Assembly (NCBI RefSeq): GCF_006345805.1
Contig: NC_043009.1
Span: 65,906,001-65,970,000 of the forward strand
Direction of reading: 5' to 3'
Source: Octopus sinensis
Lineage: Eukaryota
Length of the DNA stretch: 64,000 nt
Both the position numbers and the translations under genes were made by a program. Within the stretch, counting starts at the first letter, position 1, and every line of letters begins with the position of its first letter. The notes beneath the pieces were generated by a model that was not told where the DNA came from, made no database searches, and worked only from the letters and a program-made list of their open reading frames with translations. Below are positions 27,301 to 41,243 of the stretch, piece after piece.

Positions 27301-30300
27301 ACCTAGCATGGCTGTGATGTCTATCCTGACATATGTCAGAACATAACTTTGTGATTTTAATGTCGTTTTCCACTTAGTTCTTATTCGGGATTTCCTAATT
27401 TGCGATTAGTGCTTGTTAAAGCTGAAACAGTGATTAAATATATCCCACCTCACCTCCACTCCACACTTTGTATTATTAAGAGGCTTTCATTAGCTTTCTT
27501 GATCCATACTTAAATGACAAGATTTCAAATAAACTACAAGATTTCAATGCACAATGTGTGTGTGTGTGAGAGAGAGAAAGAGAGAGAGAGAGAGCTACCA
27601 TATATCAGTAATGAGAAAGCAACAAAGTGAAAAGAACTCAATACATGGTGTAGTGTTGAGATACTTTCTTTTTGTTAACAGTGACTCTAATTCCATTGTA
27701 AATTTTACTTGAAGCTTCTCAGCAACAATTATTCTTCAGATGGCATTTTCATGATGCCTCGTTGAATGTCAGGGAAAGAAAATATACATATAATCACATG
27801 CTTGCATAACTGACCAGACTATCAGACATTGTTATACATCGCTGGTCACAATGCACTTTGCACTGTTTTAACTTTTGAATGACGCCGCCCCACTGGCTAC
27901 TTGAGCAGGCCACCATTTGCCTTGATCAGACAAGGATATTCTATCACGGGGTTATCCATTTACAGCTGAGTGGACTGAGGCAACACAAAATGAAATATTT
28001 TGCTCAACAACCAAACCACCTGCTCAGAAGGACAATCCTTTCTGTCAGATTTTTTGTAAGTTTTAACCATTAACTTTTTTGATAGGCGGCAAGCTGGGAG
28101 AAACATTAGCACACTGGACGAAATGCTTAGCAGTATTTGATCTGTCTCTATGTTATAGGTGTAGGAGTGGCTGTGTGGTAAGTAGCTTGCTTACCAACCA
28201 CATGCTTCCAGGTTCAGTCCCACTGCGTGGAATCTTGGGCAAGTGTCTTCTACTATAGTCTCGGGCCAACCAAAGCCTTGTGAGTGAATTTGGTAGACAG
28301 AAACTGAAAGAAGCCAGTCGTATATATATATATATATATAATATATATATATGTATATATATACATATATATACACAGGTGCAGGAGTGGCTGTGTGGTA
28401 AGAAGCTTGCTTACCAACAACATGGTTTCAGGTTCAGTTCCACTGTGTAGCACCTTGGGCAAGTGTCTTCTACTATAGCCTTGGGCCAACTAAAGCCTTG
28501 TGAGTGGACTTGGAAGATGGAAACTGAGAGAAGCCCATCGTATATATATATATGTATGTATGTATGCATCTGCATAAGTTTGCGTATGTGTGTCCCAACA
28601 TCGCTTGACAATCGATGCTAGTGTAGACCGATAGAATAAGTACTAGGCTTACAAAGAATAGGTCCTGGGGTCGATTTGCTTGACTAAAGCTGGTGCTCCA
28701 GCATGGCTGCAGTCAAAATGACTGAAACGAATAAAAGAATAAGATAACCAATCACACCAAAACCAGACTCACTTTAATTCCAACCATTTTTCCTTAAAGA
28801 CTGGAACTGCTAAAAGATCCCATAACCACAGATTCACAGATTTGTGTGAATTTGGTCTAATTAAAATTTTAATTAATATTTTAATGAACAACTGCACTGC
28901 CACAGAAACGTATTCTTGTGTGTGTGTGTGTTTAATATGAACAAAAAAAAATATGTAAAATACAGAGGGCTGATTGGCTTGACCCCAGTACATTACTGTA
29001 ATGTCACCAATGTTGGTTTCAAATTTTGGCACAGGCCAGCAATCTTGGGGGAGGGGGTAAGTCGGTTACATTGACCCAGTGTTTGACTGGTACTTATTTT
29101 ATCAACTCCGAAAGGATGAAAGTCAGCCTCCAAAATCGAAGCGAAATATCAGCACTATGGTGTAGTTCTGGCTACTAGTAGTAGCAGCAGTAGTAGTACT
29201 AGTAATGTTAGTAGTAGTAGTAACATCAGCGACAGTAGGAAGAAGAAGAAATAGAGAAGGAGGCCAAAGAGTGTGAGAGGACCACGAAGAGGAAGTAAAA
29301 AGTGCCAACCAAAGTTAACAACATTAGCAACAGAGCCTCCGCCTCCCCCTCCTCCTTGTCCCCCTCCCACCCACCTCACTCTGGCCCCCAAGTCCCTGTC
29401 CACAAAGCCATTCAGTGGAAACACCCCCCCCCCACCACCACTCATTCATTACTGCAATCTTTCTTCTGAACCCAAGGAGCCGATATCAAATGATATTAAT
29501 TTTAAAAACAAAAAAAAACCGAGCAAATAACCCCCCCTCACCACCCCTCCACCATAAACAAACTGAATAAATAAATAAATAAATAAATAAATAAATACAA
29601 AGACAGCAAATGGAAATAAAAAGAAAAAAAAAAGATTGAAAAAGAAAAGACAAAGAAACTGCGAAAGATATTTTTTTTGGTATTTTAAATTCAGAAAAAG
29701 TTTTCTTTTTTTTTTAATTTGAATAAATATAAAGAATATAAAAAAAAATTATAAAAAAAAATTATAAAAAAAAAATATACCCCCTTCCCTCCACCCCTTG
29801 CTATCCATTTTTTTGCAGTGATACATCATATCATTGCAGGAAGGGGAGGCACGGGGGGGGCACTTCCCCCCCTCCCCTTAATTTTTATTCCAGTTATCAG
29901 TCTGATTCCATGTATTGATTAAGCCGACTGTCCAATTATAGAATTTTATTTCTAGAACTTGCCATTCAAATTAGCTTTAAATTTATTATTTTGCTGTTAT
30001 TAATTATACTGTTGTTGTTGTAGTGGTGGTGGTGTTGGCGTTTGTTTTGTTTTTGCTTTTCGTTGTTTTATATTTACATTGATGATTTCTGTTTTTTTTT
30101 CTTTTTTTTAATGAAACCAAACCAAATCAAAGAAATTTGAGAACATTTATGAAAATCTTATCTAAAACAGAACAGTAGGAGATAATATTAATTATAATGG
30201 TGTCATTATATAATCTTCAGCACAGTTGTTGCTGTCTGCACTAAGGATTAATAACAATAATAATAATAATCCTTTCTAATACAGGTACAGGACCTGAAAT

Positions 30301-31289
30301 GTGAGGGTGGATTACATCAACTCCAGTGCTCAACTAGTCCTTATTTTGTCAACCCTGAAGGGATGCAAAGAAAACTTAACTTCAGTAGCATTTGAACTCG
30401 GAATGTAAAGCCAGAAAAAATTTTGCTAACCAACCACATGGTTCCGGGTTCAGTCCCACTGCGTGGCATCTTGGGCAAGTGTCTTCTGCTATAGCCCCGG
30501 GCCGACCAATGCCTTGTGAGTGGATTTGGTAGATGGAAACTGAAAGAAGCCTGTCGTATATATGTATATATATATATGTATGTGTGTTTGTGTTTGTCCC
30601 CCAGCATTGCTTGACAACCGATGCTGGTGTGTTTACGTCCCCGTCACTTAGCGGTTCAGCAAAAGAGACCGATAGAATAAGTACTGGGCTTACAAAGAAT
30701 AAGTCCCGGGGTCAATTTGCTCGACTAAAGGCGGTGCTCCAGCATGGCTGCAGTCAAATGACTGAAACAAGTAAAAGAGTAAAAGAGTACTATGTTAACA
30801 ATTCTGCAGTTTGTTGCAATAATAACAATAATGCTTTCTACTGAAGGCACAAAGCCTGAAATGTTGTAAGAAGGGACTAGATGATCACATCAACCCCAGT
30901 GTTTTACTGGTACTTAATCTATCAACCCTGAATGGTTGAAAGGCAGAGCCAACCTTGGCAGAATTTGAACTTAGAAAGATGTAAAGACAAATGAAATACC
31001 ATTAAGAATTTTGCCTGGCATAGGCAAAGTGGACCTCGTTGGAATTTGAACTCAGAATGTAAAGACAGTTACTAAGTATTTCACCTGGCATGTGAAAGTA
31101 TGTGGAACAAATAGGGGCTGCAATAAGGGTAGAGCACTTGCAGAAAACAGCACTGCTTGGAACCACTCGAATACGCCAAGAGGTGCTCGAAAAATAAGAG
31201 GTGTTACTTTAGTTCACAGGTAGTGAACAGCTGACACCGTAGTACATCTCCAGCATTAGAAGCTGTGCAAAAGCAACAATAATAATAGA

Positions 31290-31327
<38 letters not shown>

Positions 31328-31513
31328 TGGAATACTGGAGCTGCTGTCAGGCTCGAAGTAATCCAAAAGACAGCGCTGTTAGTTACAGCTCACATTCTAA
31401 GGTGAGTATTGTCTCTTTGAGTCACAGGAGAAGGCACTCCTTGAAACCTTTGGTGATTTGTTATTGCCTGCTTTCAAGTAAAGATCAACCACAAATAGAA
31501 CAGTGAGAATCAC

Positions 31514-31572
<59 letters not shown>

Positions 31573-32787
31573 TAAGGAGTGGCTGTGTGGTAAGTAGTTT
31601 GCTTACCAACCACATGGTTCCAGGTTCAGTCCCACTGCGTGGCATCTTGGGCAAGTGTCTTCTGCTATAGCCCTGGGCCAACCAATGCCTTGTGAGTGGA
31701 TTTGGTAGACGGAAACTGAAAGAAGCCTGTCGTATATATGTATATATATGTATGTGTGTCTGTGTGTGTGTGTTTGTGTGTCTGTGTTTGTCCCCCTAGC
31801 ATTGCTTGACAACTGATGCTGGTGTGTTTACGTCCCCGTCACTTAGCGGTTCGGCAAAAGAGACCGATAGAATAAGTACTGGGCTTACAAAGAATAAGTC
31901 CCGGGGTTGATTTGCTCGACTAAAGGCGGTGCTCCAGCATGGCCGCAGTCAAATGACTGAAACAAGTCAAAGAGTCAAAGAGTCATAATACAAAAAACCA
32001 AAAGAAAACAGCATCCCTTGCATACAGTAATAAAGAGATGGACTTTAAAACGGTAAAACGAAAAACGTCAGAAATATATTTGAAAGCAAAGGCATTTAGA
32101 CTCTAGAGACTGACACTGAGACCAAGATGGAACTAGAACAAGAAGAATAAGTTTGGCAACAAAAGAAGAAGAAGAAGCTTTAGACTAAAACAAAAGAGAA
32201 ATATCAAATAGAATAAAGCCAGGATGTGAAATTGAATAAATAAATTAGAAAATTTAAAAGTATGAATTGATCAAAACAAGATAGCCGCAGGCTGAAGCGA
32301 GGAAAATATACAAGTTAGGTGGATGTAGATCAGGAGTAGTAGGGAGAGGAGGGGCGTGAATAGAGGTGGGAGTAGGGCCATGTACTTTAGTTCTGTGTGT
32401 GTGTTTGTATACATACGTGTGTGTGTGTGTGTGTGTATGCATATGTATACATAAACATACACATTTTTTTTCTTCAAGCGGACACGACCAAGATGTGTAT
32501 CATCAAGCCATGCCAAGAATCTTTGTTCCCTGTTAGCTTTGGCTTATCCTCAGCTTCATGTTGCATAGAGCTGCCAAATGTGACCGCGTGTGTATCGTTG
32601 GCGATTTTTTTTCCTCCGTCTTCCCTTCCTTGGATCTTTCCTTTTCCTATGTTTCTGACGAAGAGCTCCGCTCGAAACATTGAATCCTCCTTCTTTCTTT
32701 CCTTTCCTGAGCGTCCAATAACACTATACTTGTTCCACGTCCTCGTGTTGTTGTGTTTTCTCTTTGTGCTTTCATGTTTGGATTAAC

Positions 32788-32818
<31 letters not shown>

Positions 32819-34404
32819 ATATAAATATATCATCACCATCATCATTTAGTGTCCATCTTCCAGGCTGGCATCAGTTAGATGATTTGACTGGGACAGGTAT
32901 ACCAGAAAGCTGTACCAACTTCCAATCAGATTTGGCTTGGTTTCCACAGCTGGATGGCCCACCTCACACCAACCCCACCTTTTACGCGTCACCGCCACTG
33001 GCCACAACTACAATCTCTCCACAGTTAGAAATCAACGCTTCTTTATGCAGCTGTCCTTGCCTATATGGAAGCTGTCCTCATATATACACAAGAACATCCT
33101 ATTACTATCATACCATCCTGCATTCTTCTTTTATTATTCTTCCTCTTCTCCTTCATCTTCTTCCTCTCCACCACCTCCTTCCGTACTTTACTACAACTGC
33201 TGTTTAGAATAACACCTATGCAAATATTATAAGCAATACATTCAAAAGAGACATCTCAATAATTCAATCACTTCTACCATCCACAACATGTCACTTTAAG
33301 GGCACTTGACCATTTAACATCCTAGTACTATCATGGCACTCCCACATTCTTCTCCTCCTCCTCCTTCTTCTTCCTTACCAAGAATTCACAACGACCTCAA
33401 ACCCCCAAGAGCAAACAAGAGAGATAGAGACAAGGAGAAACAAGGAAAATGCCCCTAGTATTTGAATGCTATGCAAATATTCTTTTAAAAAAACTTTTCT
33501 TTTAATTTTTCCATACTTACTGTTGAAAAAGTCTCAATGACCAAAACCGGTACTGAAATGTTTTTTATAAAATTGTTTTAGCATTTTCTACCTTGAGTTT
33601 TGTTTTCCACATATATAGAGGTACACAAGTAGCAGTGTGATTAAGAAGATTGCTTCCTGACCCCTTGAATACTGCAATAAATATGTTTTTTCATGATGTA
33701 TTTACATTAGGTATGATACACAAATGACTGTTTTAATCTAATACTGCTTCTATACATTGCTTCATATAATGGAATTATATTCAGCTGGGAAGCTAATTGC
33801 AACGTCAGTGACTTTTAAGCCATTATTTTCCCATATCAACATGTGATTGACAGGTGATTGACAGTGAGTACATGTTACTGACCAAAGCCTAATAAGGCAG
33901 AATAGTGCCTTGTTGGGGTCATCAGTGGCTGCTGAATGATTTTTGTCTACCACTGATACATTTTTGCATTTTTAAACAGAGTATGTCCATAAGAAATATT
34001 ATCTTTGGATGAATATGGCACTTAATTTTCTTTTTCTTTTTAATATATTTACAATACAGAACCAGTTAAATATATACAGTTTGATTTTAAGCAATACCAT
34101 TGCTTAATTGTTCCCTTAAACATGGACAGCACAGATGAGATTTCCCAATACTGCTAGAGACCTACATGCTTCCATACAGATGTGGCAACGATGGGAAGCG
34201 TTTTGCAGCAGGTGTTCTGAGAGTCACCATCCATGTCGATGTGCTTTTATTCCATTATGAAACTTTGCGTTGACTATTTAGGCTTTTTCCCCTACAACCA
34301 GCCATGATAGGGATGTTAAAAATCAAATGATACTGGCGCTTGAAGCTTTTTCAAGTGTGCAAAAGCTTAGCACAAGGCCAATTCCACTCTCTAAACAACT
34401 AGTG

Positions 34405-34442
<38 letters not shown>

Positions 34443-34619
34443 CACATACATTGGCGTTAGGAAGGGCATCCAGCCGTAGAAACACTGCCAGATCTGACTG
34501 GGCCTGACGAAGCCTTCCAGCTTCACAGACCCCAGTTGACCCGTCCAACCCATGCTAGCATGGAAAGCGGACGCTAAACGATGATGATGATGATGATGAT
34601 GATACATATATACACATAC

Positions 34620-34682
<63 letters not shown>

Positions 34683-36244
34683 TATACACACACACATATA
34701 CACACACACATATATACATGTATATGTATATATATAGTATTTCACAGAAGTATGTACACACCTAAAAAATTTCAGTAAATTGCTATTACTCTGATAATAT
34801 TGAAGGAAATCAAACGAAATTTATACTGACTAAAATATATTACTCATGCAAACATTATACAAATTTGGAACACAAAACAATAAATATTTTCAAAGATATG
34901 AATGAAATATTAATTTTCAAACATTACAAAAATATGTACACCCTTATGGAAATTTGCTATATTCAATATTCTATCCACTTTTTTTACTAAATTCAGATAT
35001 TGCTGATAATTTCAGTTCTAATAAATTATTCCTCCTGTCATTTTTGCACCGGTCATTGTTATTGCATCTGCAGGAATTCTTATTTGTGTACCGTGGTAAA
35101 AAATCTTCATTGTGATTAAAATGGCACCAAAAGGAAAAGAATTGTCTGAAGTTTTGAAGGAGATTATTTTTAATTTGCACAGGAATGGTTTAGGATACAA
35201 GGTAATTAGCAAACGAATACATGTTAGCGTAAACACCGTTGCCAAAGTAATTCAGAAGTACAAAGCTACCGGACAGCTAAGCAATAGACATCATCCAGGT
35301 CATTCTATTTTAACTGCACATGATATTCGTCACATCCAATGTTGCATGATGGATAACAGGTGTTGTACCACTTCATCTTTGGCCCAAGAAGCGTCTTCAG
35401 TTAGTGGAAAGAATATATTCACCAAAACAGTTCACCGAAGTTTGAACTAGTGTGGTCTTCATGGACACATTCCTCGCAGGAAGCCTCTTTTTTGATTAGA
35501 CAAATACTCTGCTCAGATGGTATCTGAAGTATAGTTATATTTTACCCTGATGAAGCAACACTAGTAATTAACACCAAAATGCACATCAAGATGCTTAATT
35601 TGCAGTGTGCACTGGCTTGCAGAAGAATCACTTGTAGGTGCTGACATCAGCAATTTTGATTTCACTTGCCTCAACAGATCTTCGCAAGCAAAGATTATTG
35701 TCCAACGAATGAAGGGTACTCATAAATGGGCTGGTTATACACCACTAGGCACTTGGCTTGTCGGGTCTTCTAAAATACAGCATATCTCCAAAGGTCTCGG
35801 TCACTAGTCATTGCCTTGGTGAGATCTAATGTTCGAAGGTAGTGCTTCACCACCTCATCCCAGGTCTTCCTGGGTCTACTTCTCCCACAGGTTCCCTCAA
35901 CTGTTAGGGTGTGACACTTTTTCACACAACTGTCCTCATCCATTTGCAACACATGACCATACCAGCGCAGTCGTCTCTCTTGCACACCACATCTGATGCT
36001 TCTTAAGTCCAACTTTTTTTTCAGGGCACTTGCACTCTGTCATGTATGCACACTGACATTACACATCCAGTGGAGCAAATTGGCTTCATTCCTTGCAAGT
36101 TTATGCATGTCCTCAGCAGTCACAGCCCATGTTTCACTGCCATGTAGCATGGCTGTTTGTACACATGCACCATACAGTCTACTTTTACTCTGAGTGAGAG
36201 GCCCTTTGTCACCAGCAGAGGTAGGAGCTCTCTGAACTTTGCCC

Positions 36245-36285
<41 letters not shown>

Positions 36286-36793
36286 CACAAGTGTGTGTGG
36301 GTGTGTGCAATGAAGACTAACAATGCAAACAGTATTAACACTAAATGGCAATCTTTATATCCTATTGCTGGAATGCTGAACACTTTGGTTTTCATCTTCC
36401 TAGAGAACCTCTCATATGGACGGCACACAATGCTGAGAATGAACATATATCATTAGCAGACAAGAATCATTTGGTATGGGTGCCAGAAAGGAAAGATCAT
36501 GTGATTTCAGCGTACTGTGCTTCGTCAGTGACAGGTTCCCAATCGACACATACCAGCCAACTCTCACTGTCAATCATAAACTCTTTTACTCTTTTACTTG
36601 TTTCAGTCATTTGACTGTGGCCATGCTGGAGCACCGCCTTTAGTTGAGCAAATCGACCCCAGGGCTTATTCTTTGTAAGCCTAGTACTTATTTTATCAGT
36701 CTCTCTTGCCGAACTGCTAAATGACGGGGACGTAAACACACCAGTATCGGCTGTCAAGCGATGTTGGAGGGACAAACACAGACACAAACATAT

Positions 36794-36836
<43 letters not shown>

Positions 36837-39800
36837 ATATATATATAATATATATATATATGCACGATGGGCTTCTTTCATTTTTCCACTATCAAATCCA
36901 CTCACAAGGCTTTGGTCAGCCAGAGGTTATAGCAGAAGACACTTGGCCAAGGTGCCATGCAGTTGGACTGAATCCAGAACCATGAGGTTCGTAAGCAAGC
37001 TACTTACCATACAGTCACTCCTATGCCTATATAGAATAACAGTGACTTTTCACTAATTGGTGTCAAAAATAACCTTCAGGTTTATCAAAAATTGAATGTT
37101 CGCAACCGAAGCAGTATTAATACTGAATCTCTGAGGAAGCAGAGTATTCTACATATTATTAGTAGAACATAAGCAAGTGAAAGGAAATGCCTTACCCGAG
37201 GATGGAACCCACAATCTTAAGATCATTAGCTGAACACCTTAACCACTAGGCTACACAAACAGCTATTTTAATCTTGTTATTACAATAATGACAACATGTG
37301 TCTTCACTAAATAAATGCATAACTTAGCAAACCCAGTATTTTAAGACATCACCTTTGTCTTCCAAATAACCTTTGTATATTGTTTGTTTATTTTTCTGTT
37401 AAAGTTTCACACTTGAATCAAACGGATGCCAGCAACAGATTCCGTTCAATTTGAGGGAATTTCAACACAAGTGGCAGAAGAAGCGAGTTTAAAATGCCAC
37501 ATGTTGGATAAAGTCAGATATTTCAATTTGTGGTTGTGATAGCAACTCTGACAGAAATATTGTCTGTGAAAATGAATTCATTCCAGAAACACAATGCAGT
37601 GGAAATCAAAATATATTTCTCCTTGAAATGTTTTTGCGTTCCGTACTGAAATTGTGTCGGGTTCAAAAGTGATACAACCGTTTGCAGTTCTGAGCAGATG
37701 TTGCAATGCAATTTATGACGGACTATTCATCCCCAAAAAATAAATAACAAAGAAGATGAATTACTGGCATAAAGGAAACATTACTGCTGTGTATGTTTGT
37801 GTATTTATCTGTGTGTCAATTGATTGCATTTTGTAGTTTTCTTCAAACAATTTGATAAATTCCAGTATTTTCTGCCATATTGCTTTTAAAATGTACCTGT
37901 TTTTGTTGTACAGAAATTCAATTGAAACTGCGTACAATTCAGGTTATATCTCAGCTGAATATTGTACAATAACTCGCTTTCATATGGTTACGTTTAAACC
38001 AAATTTAGATAATTTTATGTTTCTCTCAGTTTATTTCTATTTACCTGTAATTAGAGTAAATTTGAGACAAAATTTCTACCTGAGATTTTTGTAAGAACCC
38101 TTTGTTAAATCATGTTCCTAACATCATTTTCATACACCAATAACCAAAAATGTTTGAGTTGCTTTACAAAATTAGTTGAAATTTGTAATTATTTTACAAT
38201 TTAGTTAAAACGTTCATGGGATCTGCTTTATCTACAAATATCTAACAAAATACCTGAGCTTTGTTAGTAGGGTCAGTGAGATGAATGGACATATTTTCAG
38301 TTTTAGAGATTTTATGACTGTGCTTTTTTTTTTATATATATATTTCTTTTACAGCATCAGGCTGATCATTGTCTTGCAAGTGAATTTGGTAGAGAGAAAC
38401 TATGAGGAAGCACATCAAATGTGTGTGTGTGCCTGCATGTGGTGTGTACCTGTGTGCATGTGGTGGGGAGAGGTGTGTGTGTGTGGTGATGGGGGAGGCA
38501 TGTGTGTGTTTGCCTCCTCCCACCAAGCACTGCTTGATGACCAGAGTAGATTCATGTCTGCCTGCCCATAACTTAGCAGTTTGGCAAAAAGAGATTGATA
38601 GAATAAGTAGCAAACTTTGAAGTCAGTACCGAGGTTGATTCGTTCAACAAAAACCTCTCAAGGCAGAGTCCCAGCATGGCCACAGACCAATGCGCGAAAC
38701 AAGTAAAAGTTTTAAAAGACAAAGTGAATGCTAACACTGGAACGTGACCAAGGAACCCAAAGACCATCAGTTCAATACCCAGTTGAGTCGGCCAGTAGCA
38801 AAACCAAGAGCATCATTATTAACTCTCTTTTAGTTCTACAAGACATTCAACATGAAGAATTCATGTTGCAGCAGCAATCGTTCTCCATCAGGCCAAATAT
38901 AAAAATGCTTTCAGACTAACAGACTCAACCAGACAACACCAAACATCATAATCTTCAACTTTGGTTATAAATAATATTACACTTATCTCTTTCTCTTCTA
39001 CAGACATTGTATTCTAACTAATGGTTCCGCATATATTTATTTATTCCTATCAAATGTTTCTTCTTTGTATCTCATTTTTTTTTTGTTTTGTTTTGTTTTT
39101 TTATTGCATATTTATAATATGTTTGTACTGATTGAAATATATATTTACAAGGTCACAATAACAGCCTGACCTAACAGAACAGATTCTATCATCCAAGAAG
39201 TCTCTCTTATTCTCCATCAGTTAAACAGATCTGGAGTGTCGCAAGTTGAAAGCTGACTTCAATGATATTAATGTCATGAAAAAAAGCACCCAGCACACAA
39301 CGTAAAGTGGATGGCATTAGAAAGGGCCTCCAGCCATAGAAAGCATGACAGAACAGGCACTGGAGTGTGACTACAGTCTGCCGTCTCATAAGATCCTGTC
39401 CAACCTTTCAAGCTATACCATTATAAAAATACATCATCATCACCCTTCGACCTACCTATGGTTGGTCGGAACTCCATTGATAATCCCTTTCCACACTACA
39501 CGGTTCTGTAAAAATACACAAACTGAGACCAGATTTAAAAATTAGGTTTATTGTCTTCAGTATTAACAGGACCTTCTAGAAAATCCCTTGGCTTCTATCT
39601 AATATATGCAAGCCACTACTTGAAACCCTTCAAGGATATGTTGAAAAGTCCATCAAAGGCATAAACAAACTGAGAGATCTTAGAACAAATAACAACCCTT
39701 TTAGTTTAGACGCTGTTTTCCTACACACCTCTGTCCCTACAATCCCTTATTAACTATCAACTTACTAACTGAACACATTGCCCCCTCTCATAATCCTAAC

Positions 39801-41021
39801 AGCTGTTGGCCCACAGCACCAAATATCCACAAACTGTTAATGGCTATAATGGACAGACAACACCATCGTCCAGTTCAAGAGGTCCATTTACAAACAAATC
39901 TCTGAACTGCCAAACTTGTTGAACTTGTCAGGCCAACTGGCCAACACTTATATGGACCAGTTAGAATCCAGGACACTCAACAAGGGTCACTCCAGTGCCA
40001 GTTTTGGCAAGTATGTGGATGACATTCTCATGCTAATATCATCTCATGTGGAAGCTGTAAAAATACACAAAGTCATCATCATCATCGTTTAATATCCGTT
40101 TTCCATGCTACCATGGGTTGGACGGTTCAACCGGGGTCTGGGAAGCCAGGAGGCTGCACCAGGCTCCAGTCTGATCTGGCAGTGCTTCTACAGCTGGATG
40201 CCCTTCCTAATGCCAACCACTCCGTGAGTGTAGTGAGTGCTTTTTACGTGCCACCGGCACAGGAGGCAGCGGAGGCAGGCAAACAGCCATGATTGGTCAG
40301 GTGGCACTGGCATCAGTCACATTTGGTTGGTGCTTTTTACGTGCCACTGGCACGGGTATCATAACTACATGTTCAACAGTATTGATGAACATACAAAATT
40401 TGAAGTTGAGCATCCTAGTAACACTGGTTACTTATTCCTGCTTGGTTTGTGATCCATAAGGAAGGATTGAATATACAACAACCACACATTGGACTTTCGA
40501 TGAGGAGAGGAGCGTTAACAGAAAGCAGGCCCAAATAAAACAACACATTGCCTAGTTGCCAAATCAAAGATGAAAATATATGATAAAGTACCATCAGACA
40601 AGTACTTATGCAGATTAAAGGACACCTCTACACCAATGCTTCTTCTGTCAAAGGGAAAAACATACAGACATGCCATACCCAAGACATCCAGGTTTCCACT
40701 TATGCTGAAGAGAAAATCTTTAGTAACTTCAGGATAAAAGAAACTATTCTGATTACCAACCACAGCCCACATATTAATAACACATCTAAATTACATGTAA
40801 CTAATTAGATACTATAGCAATGCCAAAAAACTTTCTCACACACATACACACACGACAGAACAAAGAAGTCACCTTTGCTCCAAAGATTTCCTAAAATACG
40901 GGTTCCAACCCTGAGACACTGGTATAACTGGCAAAAGAACAAAACATCGACCTGTATTATTCATTTTTTGTTTTGGCTTGAAAAATACACACACGCACAC
41001 ACACACATATATACATGCATG

Positions 41022-41058
<37 letters not shown>

Positions 41059-41168
41059 ACATGGGCGCACACACATAGATATATATATAAACACACATAT
41101 ATACATACCTGCGTGTGTGTATATATATATATACACACACATACATACATACACATGTGCATGTGTGC

Positions 41169-41203
<35 letters not shown>

Positions 41204-41206
41204 TAT

Positions 41207-41243
<37 letters not shown>

